From: Escherichia phage vB_EcoM_VR20
Sequence record: NC_028894.1
Length of the DNA stretch: 64,000 bases
Reading direction: 5' to 3' (one strand)
Shown: piece after piece, positions 1 to 7,565 of the stretch
Layout: each line of letters opens with the position of its first letter
Numbering within the stretch: position 1 is the stretch's first letter
Program-made: the position numbers and the translations under genes
The notes under the pieces: generated by a model
The model's input: the letters and a program-made list of their open reading frames with translations, nothing else
Database searches by the model: none
What the model was told of the DNA's origin: nothing

Positions 1-146
1 CCGGTACCAAATTGGATACCATATTCATCTGCGATTTCTTCACAGTGTTTTTCAATTTCAGAGGTCTTATTTAGAAGAGAATAGATAGCTTTTTCTGCAG
101 ATTTCTCATCATAATACTTGGGGATAGCAATTTCAATTTTATTCAT
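1..146 (-). CDS. hypothetical protein, partial (start codon in window, 3' end beyond window start)
   Basis: ATG at 146..144 overlaps the stop of the upstream gene (ATGA); frame stays open to position 1 (MNKIEIAIPKYYDEKSAEKAIYS...). Confidence 0.4.
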   Translation of the reverse strand, partial: MNKIEIAIPKYYDEKSAEKAIYSLLNKTSEIEKHCEEIADEYGIQFGT

Positions 147-496
147 GATTTACATTCCTTAATAAAGGTTTCAAGGTCATTACGTTTTGTTTTGTCTAGG
201 AACTTATTATACTCAGCCATTGCTGAAGCATATCTCTTCCGACTAGGAGCATTCACGGCGTTTGTGTGACAGATATCATACACAACAGGTATAAAATAAG
301 ACACAACAGCCGGAGCGATTATCATAAAGAAGCCCATCTCAATAGGCATCACTCCCTCGATTGCAGCCATAACCGTGGTCATTACCAGACCAACCAAACC
401 ACCAAGCATGGCGGTGACAATCCCTAATAATAAATTGGCACCAATATCATATTCAGCCAATTGATAAACATGTGATGCAAGATTAGGCCGTTCCAT
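143..496 (-). CDS. small hydrophobic (membrane) protein, unknown function
   Basis: ATG at 496 preceded by AAGGAGG; the ORF-track start at 559 is GTG without an RBS. Long hydrophobic core (LLLGIVTAMLGGLVGLVMTTVMAAI). Confidence 0.5.
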   Translation of the reverse strand: MERPNLASHVYQLAEYDIGANLLLGIVTAMLGGLVGLVMTTVMAAIEGVMPIEMGFFMIIAPAVVSYFIPVVYDICHTNAVNAPSRKRYASAMAEYNKFLDKTKRNDLETFIKECKS

Positions 497-842
497 TACG
501 AACCTCCTTAATAAATTCTTCGGCACATTTAATTTTGTGCTCTTCTTGCAGGGAAACACATTTTTGTTCCCACTCTTTAACTCGTCCCCGATAACCTTTA
601 TTCATATGATTTTGATGCCACACATTTATCAATACCATACACAGGACTGTAATAAAAGGAGCTGCAATTACTAGCGTCCAGGCGACTCCAACACTAATGA
701 TATTCATATCCCCACAAAGCACCATCATTATAACCCCAACGATGCACATGGACAGAGCTCCAAATGGAGGCATAAGGTCTTTATCAATCTTGTCTGCGTA
801 CACAAATTTTTCTGGTTTACTTGGCAGATATAACGTTCGCAT
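483..842 (-). CDS. small hydrophobic (membrane) protein, unknown function
   Basis: ATG at 842 with AAAGGGG upstream; the track start at 878 is TTG. Hydrophobic segment plus charged C-terminus; similar architecture to 143..496. Confidence 0.5.
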   Translation of the reverse strand: MRTLYLPSKPEKFVYADKIDKDLMPPFGALSMCIVGVIMMVLCGDMNIISVGVAWTLVIAAPFITVLCMVLINVWHQNHMNKGYRGRVKEWEQKCVSLQEEHKIKCAEEFIKEVRNGTA

Positions 843-1371
843 TTTGAACCCCTTTAGCATATTCACGACATTCAGCAATAAAACGATTAAGCTTTCGTTT
901 TTGTTTATGACTTTCTAATGTGTACTCAGACGTCAAATCAAGAAGCTCAGCTTTATCATAATTTTTAATATCAGTATAAGCTGGCCGGCGGTCAACCATT
1001 CCAAATACATCACCATTTTCTAGCGCCACATAACATACTAAATGGTAATCATCATCTGCCATATTAAGAAGTATACAATCATCGCTCTCGTTTAAAGCAT
1101 ATACTGAATAACGTAGTCCAGCGAATTCCACTCGTTGAATACCCAGATTTACATCAATAATTTCCAAGGCATCTGCGAAAGAAAGGTCTTCAGCTAAAGC
1201 AAAAATAAAAGGCAATTTTGTAGTATCGCCACGGCTAGTTGTTCTTCTTAAGAAATCATTGGAATAACCCAAGTCACCGCGGATTCTATAAAGAACTGTA
1301 TTAGTTTCAGTAGCAAGGCCACTACCGCCAAACCAGTCTACATTTGATATAAGGTCAGTATATAAGCTCAT
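817..1371 (-). CDS. hypothetical early protein
   Basis: ATG at 1371 preceded by GGAGAGGAG; the track start at 1389 is TTG. GC hairpin immediately upstream. Confidence 0.55.
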   Translation of the reverse strand: MSLYTDLISNVDWFGGSGLATETNTVLYRIRGDLGYSNDFLRRTTSRGDTTKLPFIFALAEDLSFADALEIIDVNLGIQRVEFAGLRYSVYALNESDDCILLNMADDDYHLVCYVALENGDVFGMVDRRPAYTDIKNYDKAELLDLTSEYTLESHKQKRKLNRFIAECREYAKGVQNANVISAK

Positions 1372-1414
1372 AATTTTCTCCTCTCCCAATTAGGGGGCTT
1401 TGCCCCCCTTTATC

Positions 1415-2008
1415 TTACTTAAGTGAATTGATGTATTCTTCAATGTCAGCGGATGTGGTATCCACACCAACCTGTGGACCTTTGAAGGTTTCAACACGCA
1501 TCAGAGTGTCTTCAATATCAATCTTAGTCAATGCAGCGATTTCAACAACATCATCTGCGGTTGCAATACCTAGGGCAGACACCTTACGGGTTTCGCGGAT
1601 GTATTCCAGTTTAACAGCTAGTTCCTGACGAGAGTCATCCAGCTCTTTAACTTTCAATTTAATTTCATTACGCATTTCAACATAATCATCTGCCTTCTTA
1701 CGAAGTTGTTTAGCAGTGCGACGATACAGGAGACCCAGTTTAGCATGGACCTGGACATCAGCACCATCAGCAATCAGTTTACGAATTTCACGCTCTTTTG
1801 AAGCGGCGAGCTGGTCTTTTTCATTCGCTAGCTCGCGGATGCGTTTTTCTTCATTAACAGACTTAACGTGGGCAGTCTGGAGCTCAGTAATCTTATCAAT
1901 CAGGGTAGAAGCAGCTTTAGTATACTGGTCTTCAATAGACAGGTTTTGCGCCATTGCAGTACCCAGTTTGGAGCGGATAAATTCAACAAGTTTCTTTAAA
2001 GTATTCAT
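1415..2008 (-). CDS. hypothetical protein, largely predicted coiled coil
   Basis: ATG at 2008 with AAGGAA RBS; 197 aa rich in heptad-like charged repeats ([20 protein letters not shown]...). Confidence 0.6.
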   Translation of the reverse strand: MNTLKKLVEFIRSKLGTAMAQNLSIEDQYTKAASTLIDKITELQTAHVKSVNEEKRIRELANEKDQLAASKEREIRKLIADGADVQVHAKLGLLYRRTAKQLRKKADDYVEMRNEIKLKVKELDDSRQELAVKLEYIRETRKVSALGIATADDVVEIAALTKIDIEDTLMRVETFKGPQVGVDTTSADIEEYINSLK

Positions 2009-2083
2009 GGTATTTCCTTCAGATGGTTAAAGTTTTATTATCCAGGGAACATACTATCATGTTCCCAGAGGTATGTAAACATT

Positions 2084-2482
2084 TTATTTCATTTTTGCGA
2101 GGCAGATTTCATTGGCTTCCCATTGAGCTTGCTTAATAATAGCTTTGGATACAGGAACCTTTTGACCATAAGTTTTTGACGTTGAGAGAACAATATATTT
2201 GTTTGCCTCATTATGCCAGCCCCATGATTTTTCACCATGAGTACCTTTAACTACAGCTGACACCTCAACAGAACAACCATCAGCGCCAATCTTGGTATCA
2301 ACAATCCATTCATTTCGCTTAATTGCTTCTTCCAATGCTGCTGCTTCCGCCATCCAGTGTGTTTCAGGGTCTATTTGTTCAATCTCACGAGTTAACGCAG
2401 CTCCCAGGTCTTTTGCATATTTTTGTTGCTCTGGGGTTAATGAGTCATATAACTTTTTCATTTCTTTATCTTCAATATTCAT
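2084..2482 (-). CDS. hypothetical early protein
   Basis: ATG at 2482 with GAGG RBS; the track start at 2512 is TTG inside a GC hairpin. Confidence 0.55.
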   Translation of the reverse strand: MNIEDKEMKKLYDSLTPEQQKYAKDLGAALTREIEQIDPETHWMAEAAALEEAIKRNEWIVDTKIGADGCSVEVSAVVKGTHGEKSWGWHNEANKYIVLSTSKTYGQKVPVSKAIIKQAQWEANEICLAKMK

Positions 2483-2516
2483 AATATTTTCCTCAAGGGG
2501 CTTTCGCCCCAATCAT

Positions 2517-2822
2517 TTAAATTTTGTTTTCCTGCACACCATAATAAAGTTCATCAGACACAATATCCAGGATGCGGCGAACATATTCATCATGGTATTG
2601 GCAGTCAAAATCAAATGCAACAGTAGTTTCCGCTTCACGAGTGAATTTAACTTGCACATTCAGGTGATTAACAACGTTAGTTAATTTATCAGTAAAGAAC
2701 TCTTTTGCTACCGCCTGTTGGACTTGCACTTTGAACTTGGTGTTACGAATCATATTTTCAGCAGATGTGAAATTACCAGTTTTATCAAAGTCAACAAGCG
2801 CCAGGTTGATGATGAATTTCAT
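2517..2822 (-). CDS. hypothetical early protein
   Basis: ATG at 2822 directly preceded by the conserved leader ...ACACTGGAGAATAAA-ATG and early promoter copy A. Confidence 0.55.
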   Translation of the reverse strand: MKFIINLALVDFDKTGNFTSAENMIRNTKFKVQVQQAVAKEFFTDKLTNVVNHLNVQVKFTREAETTVAFDFDCQYHDEYVRRILDIVSDELYYGVQENKI

Positions 2823-2863
2823 TTTATTCTCCAGTGTTTTATTTGGTAACTCAGTATGGAATC

Positions 2864-2893
2864 ATTATGCCTTAAAGCAGGGGGCTTGTATAC
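2864..2893 (-). promoter_or_regulatory. T4-type early promoter (cassette copy A): -35 GTATAC, -10 CATAAT
   Basis: Minus-strand reading GTATAC-18 nt-CATAAT, followed by the conserved leader ACTGAGTTACCAAATAAAACACTGGAGAATAAA and ATG at 2822. Confidence 0.55.
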
Positions 2894-2904
2894 CCCCTTT
2901 TTAA

Positions 2905-3348
2905 TTAAATTTCAAATTCTTTGCGGAAGTTGGAAGCATAAGACTGAACTGATGCTTTGTTGAATCCAAACTCACGCACAATCATATCAATAACAGCTCT
3001 GCGAGCAGCACCGTTAGACATATTAACAGTTCTGAACATATCATAGCATAAATCTTTGTTGCTCATACCGGAGCGTTTAGGTGCCTTACGTTCAGCTTTT
3101 GGTTCAGCTTTAGGAGTAGGTTTAACTTCTGGTTTAACCTGTCCATCATTCAGACCTTTAAAAATTTTACCTGCCAGAGTTGCCAGTTTAGCAGCTTCGC
3201 CACGAGTGATACCAAATACTGCCGGGTTAAATGAAATACCTTCAGCTGTCAGACGTTTGAAGAACATACGTGCTGCGGATTGTGCTTCAGCTTCAGAAGA
3301 GTTGTTTAATGCCAGTTTAACATACTTAACCAGTTTTGAAGTTTTCAT
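2905..3348 (-). CDS. hypothetical early protein with C-terminal module shared with 3801..4226
   Basis: ATG at 3348; C-terminal ...NGAARRAVIDMIVREFGFNKASVQSYASNFRK matches ...NAARRALIDVLVTTHDIKKTVVQSYASNFRK of the neighbouring gene. Confidence 0.6.
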   Translation of the reverse strand: MKTSKLVKYVKLALNNSSEAEAQSAARMFFKRLTAEGISFNPAVFGITRGEAAKLATLAGKIFKGLNDGQVKPEVKPTPKAEPKAERKAPKRSGMSNKDLCYDMFRTVNMSNGAARRAVIDMIVREFGFNKASVQSYASNFRKEFEI

Positions 3349-3390
3349 TTTATTATCCCGTTTGTTTATTTGGTAACTCAGTATGGAATC

Positions 3391-3420
3391 ATTATGCCTT
3401 AGTTAAATTCCAAAGTACAT
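3391..3420 (-). promoter_or_regulatory. T4-type early promoter (cassette copy B)
   Basis: Minus-strand ATGTAC-18 nt-CATAAT; core GGTAACTCAGTATGGAATCATTATGCC (plus 3372..3398) is identical to copy A. Confidence 0.5.
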
Positions 3421-3421
3421 A

Positions 3422-3718
3422 TTAATTTTCAGAAGTTGGGAAATAAACTTCAAAGTCATACATGTTTACTACTGCAGTCGCGATTGCTTGGTACTGCATA
3501 CCCAAGAAAGTTTTCTTGTTCTTACGCCACAAGTTAACCATTTCTGTTTTGATGCATGCCAGGGAGTAGTTGGATGCAGGATACTGTTTGATGATTGCAA
3601 CAACTTCTTCAGAAGCAGTTTCGCACAATTCATTCAGTTGAGCTTCAATTTTAGCAGAAATGATTGCTTTGTTTTCTTCTTGAGCTTGGGTAGCGTGCCA
3701 TGCAGGTGCGTTGAACAT
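3422..3718 (-). CDS. hypothetical early protein
   Basis: ATG at 3718 preceded by AAACACTGGAGAATAAA leader and promoter copy C. Confidence 0.5.
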   Translation of the reverse strand: MFNAPAWHATQAQEENKAIISAKIEAQLNELCETASEEVVAIIKQYPASNYSLACIKTEMVNLWRKNKKTFLGMQYQAIATAVVNMYDFEVYFPTSEN

Positions 3719-3759
3719 TTTATTCTCCAGTGTTTTATTTGTTAACTCAGTATGGGATA

Positions 3760-3789
3760 ATTATACACTATCCCACCTGGAAGTAAAAC
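3760..3789 (-). promoter_or_regulatory. T4-type early promoter (cassette copy C) with -10 inside a hairpin loop
   Basis: Minus-strand GTTTTAC ... GTGTATAAT; the -10 lies in the loop of the 7-bp stem TGGGATA/TATCCCA (plus 3753..3775). Confidence 0.55.
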
Positions 3790-3800
3790 ACTTTTCTCAA

Positions 3801-4226
3801 TTATTTTTGAGCTTTGCGGAAGTTGGATGCATATGACTGAACAACAGTCTTTTTGATATCATGGGTGGTAACCAGAACATCAATCAGAGCGCGACGAGCT
3901 GCATTATCATTCATATCAATTTCTGCAAATGCCTGGAAGCAAATGTCACGAGCATTACCAGATTTGGACTGGATTTTTTCTTCTTTAACTTCTTCAATTG
4001 GGAATTCAATCATTTCAGCTTGGATTAATTCAATGATAGATTCTTTTGACTGTTTGGTGTTTACCTTCAGTTCAGAATTAAGGGACTTGGCGATGGCAAC
4101 AATCTGGGTTGAAGTCAGATGAATAAGTGCATCTTCACGAATGCAGATTTCACATACTTCGTCAGCAACCATTTTGTTGGTGATGCGGGTAACAGAAAAT
4201 GCAGAGGTCAGGGTCAGAAAGTTCAT
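3801..4226 (-). CDS. hypothetical early protein with C-terminal module shared with 2905..3348
   Basis: ATG at 4226 preceded by GGAGAAATAAA leader; the track start at 4307 is GTG lying inside the promoter cassette. Shared C-terminal motif VQSYASNFRK. Confidence 0.6.
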   Translation of the reverse strand: MNFLTLTSAFSVTRITNKMVADEVCEICIREDALIHLTSTQIVAIAKSLNSELKVNTKQSKESIIELIQAEMIEFPIEEVKEEKIQSKSGNARDICFQAFAEIDMNDNAARRALIDVLVTTHDIKKTVVQSYASNFRKAQK

Positions 4227-4277
4227 TTTATTTCTCCAAAGTTTTGTTTGATTCAGTGTGTAACTCAGTATGGAATC

Positions 4278-4307
4278 ATTATGCGCCGGGTCAATTCGGA
4301 TGTACAC
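4278..4307 (-). promoter_or_regulatory. T4-type early promoter (cassette copy D)
   Basis: Minus-strand AAAAGTAGTGTACA-17 nt-CATAAT, followed by the conserved ACTGAGTTAC core. Confidence 0.5.
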
Positions 4308-4343
4308 TACTTTTTGAAGAAAATTTCAAATTTATTCGGGGTA

Positions 4344-4366
4344 TAAAAAAGCCCGCAATGCGGGCT
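4344..4366 (-). terminator. intrinsic terminator (minus strand)
   Basis: Hairpin AGCCCGC-AAT-GCGGGCT followed on the minus strand by a U-run (plus-strand AAAAAA 4345..4350); sits just downstream of gene 4368..4922. Confidence 0.6.
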
Positions 4367-4367
4367 G

Positions 4368-4922
4368 TTAGTTCTTATAAAAGCGGAACGGATTTATATG
4401 AAAGGCGAGCATAGCCTTAGGGATGGGTCGGGACAGAAGGCTCTTGAGCTTCCAGCCACAATAAACACGCAGATAAAAGGTGATTCCACCGACCTTAAGA
4501 TAAGGAACAGAAGCAAAAACACCCCAGGCGTTGTCCGTCCACATCCAGAGCCATCCATGATGAGCTTTATCCGGGGAACCAGATTCGACATCAGGATTAC
4601 CTTTATAATGGAATTCTGAATTGCAATCACGACCGAGCTTGTGGTAAGCAAAATTGTATGCTTTGTTTCGCCAGAGCCAGGCTACTCGTTGGAAGTAAAC
4701 ACCTAACGGCCATTTTCTGATTTTTTCCCAGCGTTTAACATGACCACGGTCACCATCAATTGGATTATCGTATGTCATCATCCAGTCAAATCCGAACGGA
4801 AGCTTACCAGTCTTTTTGTTATGGAACGGCACTACAAATGGTGCAAGGATAACAGCCAGAATCATTGAAATGAAATCCAGTGGCACTAACAGAATCCAGC
4901 TTAGATATTTTAAAAGTTTCAT
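4368..4922 (-). CDS. membrane-anchored protein, Trp/aromatic-rich, unknown function
   Basis: ATG at 4922; N-terminal hydrophobic helix (LSWILLVPLDFISMILAVILAPFVV); terminator hairpins on both flanks. Confidence 0.55.
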   Translation of the reverse strand: MKLLKYLSWILLVPLDFISMILAVILAPFVVPFHNKKTGKLPFGFDWMMTYDNPIDGDRGHVKRWEKIRKWPLGVYFQRVAWLWRNKAYNFAYHKLGRDCNSEFHYKGNPDVESGSPDKAHHGWLWMWTDNAWGVFASVPYLKVGGITFYLRVYCGWKLKSLLSRPIPKAMLAFHINPFRFYKN

Positions 4923-4954
4923 AAATTTCCTTAGTTATGGGTACGTTATATTTA

Positions 4955-4984
4955 TAAAAAAGCCCCAACCTTTCGGAAGGGGCT
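4955..4984 (-). terminator. intrinsic terminator (minus strand)
   Basis: Hairpin AGCCCC...GGGGCT with inner CC-UUUC-GG, followed on the minus strand by a U-run (plus AAAAAA 4955..4960). Confidence 0.55.
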
Positions 4985-5032
4985 AAGCCTTGCGGCAACC
5001 TTGTCGGGGTTCCACCTGCTAGGCAAGTGTTC

Positions 5033-5416
5033 TTATCCGCGTGCGAATGCCATTGCAGCGCGTTCGTTGGCACGGTCAGTGATGTTCAAGAATTTATCAC
5101 GAGCGATTTCGATTGGAGCACCAACCCAGTCAGCAGCACCATTACCTGGGGACTGTTTAGGACGAACCATATAAGTTGAAACTTTGGAACCAGCTAGTTT
5201 AGCACCAGGTGCAGCGGCATTCTTAACGTCTTTAGCTTTGATACCAAAACCAGTTACGATGCCCCAAGAAACACCATTAACTGGTTTCTTGAACATAACA
5301 CGGTCGCCAATTGAAACACCCGCTTTTTCTGGAGCTACTAAAGAAAATTTACCGGCTTCAGTCAGCACGGATTCGGTGATGGTATTGCGATTTAAAAATT
5401 CTGCATATGTAAGCAT
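5033..5416 (-). CDS. hypothetical protein
   Basis: ATG at 5416, 127 aa; weak RBS; terminator downstream. Confidence 0.45.
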   Translation of the reverse strand: MLTYAEFLNRNTITESVLTEAGKFSLVAPEKAGVSIGDRVMFKKPVNGVSWGIVTGFGIKAKDVKNAAAPGAKLAGSKVSTYMVRPKQSPGNGAADWVGAPIEIARDKFLNITDRANERAAMAFARG

Positions 5417-5653
5417 TTTGTTTTTCCATTATTAGGGTTGTTGTTAATATTTATATTCCATAGTACCGGATGCACCATCCGCTCGGATTTCTCATACTAC
5501 CGGGCGCACCGCCCGCTCTGGAAAAACTCCATAAAAAGGTGCGCCGTTTCTGCTGTGATATAAGGGGACATCAACAAATCGTAAAGATTTATTAATGTCA
5601 GTCCTTAAACAGGGAACATCAGTCCGACGACTTACCGGTAGCGACCCGGTTTC

Positions 5654-5893
5654 TCATTCAATTGTAATAGCTAATTTGACTTTAACAACCTTATAATTGG
5701 AATCAAGGTCATTGAATTCCATAAAATTTGTTGCTAATCTGCGAGTCGGGAAACTTAGATATTTATTATGAGCCGGAGGAGCGGTTAATGCAAACCATGG
5801 GACTTGTTTATCATTTGCATCGAACTCGTCAAAACTATAAACCAGCTCGTTGTTGGTTATATCCATAACCGCATAGGATTCGTTAATAACCAT
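5654..5893 (-). CDS. hypothetical protein
   Basis: ATG at 5893 with GAGGA RBS, immediately downstream (minus strand) of the tRNA pair. Confidence 0.45.
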   Translation of the reverse strand: MVINESYAVMDITNNELVYSFDEFDANDKQVPWFALTAPPAHNKYLSFPTRRLATNFMEFNDLDSNYKVVKVKLAITIE

Positions 5894-5910
5894 ATAATAT
5901 CCTCAGTAAT

Positions 5911-5987
5911 TGGTCGGGGTGGTGGGATTCTAACCCACAACCTACGGTTTAGAAGACCGTTGCTCTATACAATTGAGCTACACCCCG
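5911..5987 (-). tRNA. tRNA-Arg (anticodon TCT), CCA encoded
   Basis: Minus-strand sequence folds as a cloverleaf: acceptor CGGGGTG/CACCCCG, D-arm GCTC/GAGC, anticodon stem ACGGT/ACCGT with loop CTTCTAA, T-arm GTGGG-TTAGAAT-CCCAC, 3' ACCA. Confidence 0.8.
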
Positions 5988-5989
5988 AG

Positions 5990-6063
5990 TGGCCCCATCC
6001 GGACTTGAACCGGAAACCTGCCAGTTATGAGCCGGATGCTCTAACCAATTGAGCTACAGGGCC
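5990..6063 (-). tRNA. tRNA with anticodon CAT (Met or Ile2-type)
   Basis: Minus strand: acceptor GGCCCTG/TGGGGCC (two GU pairs), D-arm GCTC/GAGC, anticodon loop CTCATAA, T-arm TCCGG-TTCAAGT-CCGGA, discriminator A. Confidence 0.75.
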
Positions 6064-6068
6064 TAAAA

Positions 6069-6335
6069 TTAAATTACAAATCCAGCGGGAGCATTATCAT
6101 CTTTTGCCATGTGCTGAATTGTATGATAAGTCATTTCTTCAGGAGCAACCAGATAAGCCGCAACGTTAACTAGTGGAATTATTTTTGGTTTAGCGAATGT
6201 GCTATCGGCAATTGCCATAAAGGACTCGCCGTCGGTCTCAACTTCGCCAAATTGACATTCATATGAAATAGAACAACGTTTGGTAGTTGTTGTCTTGGTT
6301 TCCGGGTCATAAAAAGCTAATTTTAATACTAACAT
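6069..6335 (-). CDS. hypothetical protein
   Basis: ATG at 6335 with GAGGTG RBS; the track start at 6341 is GTG. Confidence 0.45.
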   Translation of the reverse strand: MLVLKLAFYDPETKTTTTKRCSISYECQFGEVETDGESFMAIADSTFAKPKIIPLVNVAAYLVAPEEMTYHTIQHMAKDDNAPAGFVI

Positions 6336-6456
6336 AAACACCTCAAATAAAATTAAGTAAAGTAAGTTTGATTAATAGCACATGCTATTATGAAAGATTC
6401 TTTGAGGGAAGAACCTTTGGTAATAGAGGGTACTTATTAATAATAACGCGTTTTTG

Positions 6457-6939
6457 TTAAAGCATATCAAGCGCTTTAACAGATGGGATTCGGATTTCTT
6501 CTTCGATTATATATAGCTTAACATAAGAAATTACACGCATGAAATCGCCATCATATTCGCAAGCCATACCTAAAAGTTCAGTCAGAGCTTCATTCAGGTA
6601 GTATTCTTCATCATCGTCATTCAACAAGGCTTCCAAATCTGCAATACCAAGAACTTTATTCAAAAATTCATAAGTCAACTGCCCAGATTTTACACCAGAT
6701 GCAATGTGGGCGATAACCAAGTGTTTAACCACATCCCATTCTGAATTACCACATTTATTGCGGTTGTTACAATGCGAACCATGGAAAAGTTCCAGGATAT
6801 ATTTGTACTGTTGGATTTCTTGTTCTTCTACGCCAAATACCATTTGGGTTTTATAGTTGTCACCATCATTTTCCCAGGTTTCAATTTCAATCGCATAACC
6901 TTTAGGGATGGTCTGACCAAATTTGATATTCATTCGCAT
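6457..6939 (-). CDS. hypothetical early protein
   Basis: ATG at 6939 with AAGGAA RBS; 160 aa with acidic C-terminal half. Confidence 0.5.
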   Translation of the reverse strand: MRMNIKFGQTIPKGYAIEIETWENDGDNYKTQMVFGVEEQEIQQYKYILELFHGSHCNNRNKCGNSEWDVVKHLVIAHIASGVKSGQLTYEFLNKVLGIADLEALLNDDDEEYYLNEALTELLGMACEYDGDFMRVISYVKLYIIEEEIRIPSVKALDML

Positions 6940-7319
6940 GTTCCTTCATCAACAATAGTATGCGTATTGGCATTAACAATCTGCCACCAGTCAAAACGGT
7001 TGGAACCATAACAAGGCTTTTTCTCGTTTTCTTTAATGATATCGCGCAGTTCATCTTCAGTCGCAGCTTTTGCAATTAAGTCAGCATAACCGCCACGAGG
7101 ATAATAACTATCACCAGCAAAGAGCAAAAAGTTTGTTTTGATATTCTTGAATTCTTCAAGAGTAATAACTGTTCCAGATGGTTGAACAATATCTACGTAA
7201 CTATATCCTAATTTCTGGGCATTATCTACCGCTTCAAGCAGGGTGTCATGTGCCCACCCAATTTGGCACTCTGGCTTTTCAGATGGATTGGCCTGATAAT
7301 CCGCATACACTTTATACAT
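6930..7319 (-). CDS. hypothetical early protein
   Basis: ATG at 7319 with AAGGTGAG RBS, 1 nt after the stop of the upstream gene; the track N-terminal extension overlaps gene 7321..7506. Confidence 0.5.
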   Translation of the reverse strand: MYKVYADYQANPSEKPECQIGWAHDTLLEAVDNAQKLGYSYVDIVQPSGTVITLEEFKNIKTNFLLFAGDSYYPRGGYADLIAKAATEDELRDIIKENEKKPCYGSNRFDWWQIVNANTHTIVDEGTCE

Positions 7320-7320
7320 T

Positions 7321-7506
7321 TTACTCACCTTTAGACATTTTATCCATAACGAAAGAGATTGAACCAATTAAGAATGCAACTACTAAAGAGATTATATTCT
7401 CAGAAGTTGAAAGCATATTCAACATAAAGCCAGCGAACATGCTAAAACCAAAAGCGGTAACAGCAACAAAGGCAGTAACATTTCTAATTAATTCGCAACG
7501 TTTCAT
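7321..7506 (-). CDS. small membrane protein (61 aa)
   Basis: ATG at 7506 with GAGGAG RBS and a stem-loop early promoter upstream; two hydrophobic segments. Confidence 0.5.
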   Translation of the reverse strand: MKRCELIRNVTAFVAVTAFGFSMFAGFMLNMLSTSENIISLVVAFLIGSISFVMDKMSKGE

Positions 7507-7534
7507 TTTATTCTCCTCATTAGTTGATGGGATA

Positions 7535-7565
7535 ATTATACACTATCCCATATCTAAAAGTACAC
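7535..7565 (-). promoter_or_regulatory. early promoter with -10 (GTGTATAAT) in hairpin loop; -35 GTGTAC
   Basis: Stem TGGGATA/TATCCCA (7528..7550) encloses the -10; GTGTAC lies about 17 nt upstream on the minus strand. Confidence 0.55.

Noticed and set aside
2823-4307. Possible CRISPR array formed by the repeated 30-45 nt intergenic motif
   Set aside because: Repeats are separated by whole genes of 300-500 bp, are not uniformly spaced, differ in length, and read as promoter plus 5' UTR modules; no CRISPR-like repeat-spacer periodicity.
5184-5435. 83-aa plus-strand ORF overlapping gene 5033..5416
   Set aside because: Overlaps a better-supported minus-strand gene, lies in a region with no other plus-strand genes, and has no RBS.
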